A stretch of DNA of 64,000 nt, from assembly GCA_000991405.1 (NCBI GenBank), contig LBRL01000002.1:7583-71582 (forward strand), given 5' to 3'. A program made the position numbers and the translations under genes. The stretch is from Candidatus Nomurabacteria bacterium GW2011_GWD2_36_14. Lineage in GTDB: Bacteria > Patescibacteriota > Minisyncoccia > Phycocordibacterales > UBA9973. The notes below the pieces were generated by a model, which was not told the DNA's origin, searched no databases, and saw nothing but the letters and a program-made list of their open reading frames with translations. Shown here piece by piece: positions 60,982-64,000 of the stretch; the stretch's first letter is position 1, and each line of letters opens with the position of its first letter.

Positions 60982-61094
60982 AATTCCCCTCTTCTAGGGT
61001 GGCTTTTGTACTCAAAAGACGGGGTGGATGAACTAATTAATTAGATTCCAAATATATCCACCTCCCCCTTCGGGTACTCTAGAAGAGGAGAATT
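60982..61094. repeat. MITE/REP-like element with 19-bp terminal inverted repeat
   Basis: aattcccctcttctagggt / actctagaagaggagaatt (2 mismatches) with internal hairpins. Confidence 0.55.
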
Positions 61095-61231
61095 TAAATA
61101 CAAATAAATTCATTTTAAAAACACCCTGTGGATAACTTTTCCGTATTTTATTTTATTAAATTTTCGTAATTATTTTTGTTATTTTTGTGATATAATAAAC
61201 TCATAAAATCATCACACATCATCAAATAATT

Positions 61232-63439
61232 ATGGCCAAAAAAGACAAAGATCAGGAGGAATATGAGAAAGGGAAAAATGGGAGAAAATCCGCTTCCGCT
61301 AAAGCTTCAGCGAGACGCAGGAAAGTAGAACTCAAGGAAGAAACTCGAGATAGTATTTGGGGTATTTCGTTCCTCGTTTTGGGACTATTAATCCTGTTAT
61401 CAATATTCAGATTAGCAGGAGTAGCTGGAGACTTTATTTATAAAATATTGGCTTCAATATTTGGATTTGGGTACTACTTGCTACCTATTATTCTAGGAGT
61501 TGTCGGTGTATCTTTCATGCGGAAAGGAACTCTCGATATTGCACGACTTCACTTGATTATGGGAATCTGCGTTCTCCTCTCTACTCTCGGCATCATGGAC
61601 ATCGCGACCAATGGCATGGGTGAATCCACGGTCCTCACTTATGGTGGACAGATAGGCAGAATGGTTGCCTGGATTATGAGTCCATTTGGAACATATGGAG
61701 GAATACTTCTACTAGGTACCCTGCTCATCATATCTCTCATAGTACTCGGCAACGAACGTCCCAATCTTCTCGCTCTCTGGCAGAAGATTAAAAATATCTT
61801 CACGAAAGAAATTGCATACCCATTCACCAACAATGAAAATATAGACGAAGTTGATTCGTCAACTACTCTTATGGAAGGTGTGAAAGAAGTTATACCTGAT
61901 ACAAAAGAACAAGAACTCGACTATAGTGAAAATGTCATAAAAGTAGAAATAGAAGAAAAGCTCTCTCCTAAAAAGAAGTTCCACACAGACTACATCGCTC
62001 CCCCACTCTCTCTACTAGAGAAAGATAAAGGCAAGCCCAACATTGGCGACATGAAAGGCAATACGAACATCATCCAACGTACACTTCTGAACTTTGGTAT
62101 TCCTGTCGAAATGGATGAAGTGACTGTGGGACCAACCGTTACTCGCTATGCACTCAAGCCTGCACAAGGTGTGAAGCTATCACGAATAGTAGGACTTCAG
62201 AATGACCTTGCTCTAGCACTTGCGGCCCACCCTATTCGTATCGAAGCACCGATCCCCGGCAAATCGCTAGTCGGGGTTGAAATTCCAAATAAAGTGAAAT
62301 CAACTGTCGGTCTAGCTACTCTCCTCTCTGATGATAAATTCCAGAATTCTCCGAAGCCTCTAACTGTTGCCCTTGGTCGTGGACTCTCTGGCAAGGCCGT
62401 CTTCGGCAACTTGGCCAAGATGCCTCACGCTCTCATTGCCGGTACTACTGGCTCGGGTAAGTCTGTGACCATCCACTCTATCATTACTTCCCTTCTATAC
62501 AGAAACGGGCCTGATGACATGAAGCTCATAATGGTGGACCCAAAGAGAGTCGAGCTTACTTTGTACAACAAGATTCCCCACTTACTTACCCCTGTCATTA
62601 CAGATCCAAAGAAGACTATCCTCGCCCTCAAGTGGGCCGCGAAAGAAATGGATCGCCGTTATGACGTCCTCCAAGCTGAGTCTGTCCGCGACATCGAGTC
62701 CTACCATTCAACCGTCTATGCGAAAGCAAAAGAAGGTGAAGCTGAGAGAATGCCTTATATAGTCATTATCATCGATGAGCTAGCCGACATTATGCAAGCT
62801 TACCCAAGGGAACTTGAAAGCGCTATCGTCAGACTTGCCCAGATGTCTCGTGCAGTTGGCATCCACATCATACTCTCTACTCAGCGTCCTTCGGTTAACG
62901 TCATTACCGGACTCATCAAGGCCAACATCCCTACTCGTATAGCCCTCCAAGTATCCTCCCAGATAGACTCACGTACTATCCTTGACCAAGGAGGTGCCGA
63001 GAAGCTTCTAGGTGCTGGAGATATGCTATATGCAAGTGGAGAAATGAGTCAACCTGAACGTCTACAAAGTGCCTTTATATCTGAAGATGAAGTGAAGAGA
63101 GTCGTAGAATACTTGAAGAATGCCTATATGGATGAAGTGCCTGACCAGATAGTTCTAACTGGCAATATAGAGAAGGGCAACAGCCTCTTTAGTGACAGTA
63201 TGGAGGGTGGAGATGGAGAAGACGACCTGTATGAAGAAGCTAGAGAGATAGTTATAAGAGATCAGAAGGCTTCAACTTCTTACTTGCAGAGAAAGCTGGG
63301 CGTCGGATATGCTCGTGCTGCCAAGCTAATAGATATGCTCGAAGACCATGGAGTCGTCGGCCCCGGCAACGGTGCAAAACCTCGAGATGTCCTTGAGAAA
63401 GGAATGAGTAATACAGATGATATCGTTGTAGGTGAATAG
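61232..63439 (+). CDS. ftsK: DNA translocase FtsK/SpoIIIE
   Basis: 4-TM N-terminus, RIEAPIPGKS, AGTTGSGKS, IDELAD, gamma domain ASTSYLQRKLGVGYARAA. Confidence 0.96.
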   Translation: MAKKDKDQEEYEKGKNGRKSASAKASARRRKVELKEETRDSIWGISFLVLGLLILLSIFRLAGVAGDFIYKILASIFGFGYYLLPIILGVVGVSFMRKGTLDIARLHLIMGICVLLSTLGIMDIATNGMGESTVLTYGGQIGRMVAWIMSPFGTYGGILLLGTLLIISLIVLGNERPNLLALWQKIKNIFTKEIAYPFTNNENIDEVDSSTTLMEGVKEVIPDTKEQELDYSENVIKVEIEEKLSPKKKFHTDYIAPPLSLLEKDKGKPNIGDMKGNTNIIQRTLLNFGIPVEMDEVTVGPTVTRYALKPAQGVKLSRIVGLQNDLALALAAHPIRIEAPIPGKSLVGVEIPNKVKSTVGLATLLSDDKFQNSPKPLTVALGRGLSGKAVFGNLAKMPHALIAGTTGSGKSVTIHSIITSLLYRNGPDDMKLIMVDPKRVELTLYNKIPHLLTPVITDPKKTILALKWAAKEMDRRYDVLQAESVRDIESYHSTVYAKAKEGEAERMPYIVIIIDELADIMQAYPRELESAIVRLAQMSRAVGIHIILSTQRPSVNVITGLIKANIPTRIALQVSSQIDSRTILDQGGAEKLLGAGDMLYASGEMSQPERLQSAFISEDEVKRVVEYLKNAYMDEVPDQIVLTGNIEKGNSLFSDSMEGGDGEDDLYEEAREIVIRDQKASTSYLQRKLGVGYARAAKLIDMLEDHGVVGPGNGAKPRDVLEKGMSNTDDIVVGE

Positions 63440-63499
63440 GTTTTAAAAAAGTGATATAATATAGAGAGTTATAAAGTTGAAAGTGAAAAGTAAAAACAG

Positions 63500-63880
63500 A
63501 TGCAAAGAATTATAAAAGACAAAAACATAAAGTGGTGGCTAGGATGTGGATCCTGTATAATATTGTTTTTGATTATTGCTGTCTTTGCTTGGGAAAAAAT
63601 GTCTTTCCTTGTGAAGGGAGTACAAATAGAAGCTAGCATAGAAAGAAGCAGCACTTCCCTCGCCCACATAGTAGGCAAAGCTCGTCATGCAACTTATATA
63701 ACTCTAAACGGTAGAGAAATATTTATAGATAAAGATGGAAGCTTCTCTGAGCCTGTCGCTCTCATCCCCGGCTTCTCAGTTATAACTATCGATACAGAAG
63801 ACAAATTTGGTAATACTAAAGAGAAAAATTTCCAATTGGTTTATAAAGAAAGTGCAGGTACGGTCGCAATGTTAAAATAA
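63500..63880 (+). CDS. Membrane-anchored Ig-like domain protein
   Basis: TM plus G.A......LNG..I....DGSF....L.PG pattern. Confidence 0.7.
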   Translation: MQRIIKDKNIKWWLGCGSCIILFLIIAVFAWEKMSFLVKGVQIEASIERSSTSLAHIVGKARHATYITLNGREIFIDKDGSFSEPVALIPGFSVITIDTEDKFGNTKEKNFQLVYKESAGTVAMLK

Positions 63881-64000
63881 TTAATAATTAAAAAGTAATC
63901 TTTGAAATTAAAATAATTTTTTAAAATGGATCTAGAGCGTATCTAAAATAGTCTTATCAGAGGGGCCGGCGGAGGTCGACGGACCGAGCAATGAGCAAAT

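Noticed and set aside
59866-61135. DnaA-box-like TGTGGATAA sites as oriC (similar sites near 33223 and 39504)
   Set aside because: Isolated single boxes scattered through the window, with no cluster and no dnaA/dnaN; insufficient for an origin call.
63931-64000. Possible IS/MITE end (tagagcgtatctaa..., GC-rich)
   Set aside because: Truncated by the window edge; no partner repeat or transposase visible.

Overview
AT-rich bacterial chromosome segment in the standard genetic code. Gene content and style point to Patescibacteria/CPR, probably Parcubacteria (inference from an unlinked 23S-5S unit with a group I intron, short leaders and many small hypothetical genes). Housekeeping genes include a UvrD-like helicase, murI, pyk, a helD-like gene, lemA/htpX, secDF, rodA, rplJL and ftsK. 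RNA genes are tRNA-Ser(GGA), 5S rRNA and a 23S rRNA carrying an ORF-less group I intron at the L2593 site plus a hairpin insertion. The window also holds a methyltransferase plus Type IIG-like R-M locus, a RelE-type toxin-antitoxin pair and a REP-associated tyrosine transposase (RAYT) flanked by its palindromes. A ~19 kb surface-glycan region contains gmd, fcl, GT11, GT6, Wzm/Wzt, an O-oligosaccharyltransferase-like gene and an S-layer-like gene. Most notable: (1) a long non-coding leader upstream of the S-layer-like gene with six exact UGAUAGAG copies, several in hairpin loops, arranged in a duplicated module with GGAGGA; (2) a near-complete gene set for a blood-group-A-like glycan beside an S-layer glycosylation machine; (3) short-leader uORF plus terminator attenuator-like structures upstream of the 23S rRNA and the helD-like gene; (4) palindromic mini-elements inserted in-frame in proteins, in the 23S rRNA and in the intron. 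All calls come from reading the sequence by eye; no database searches or folding were run.
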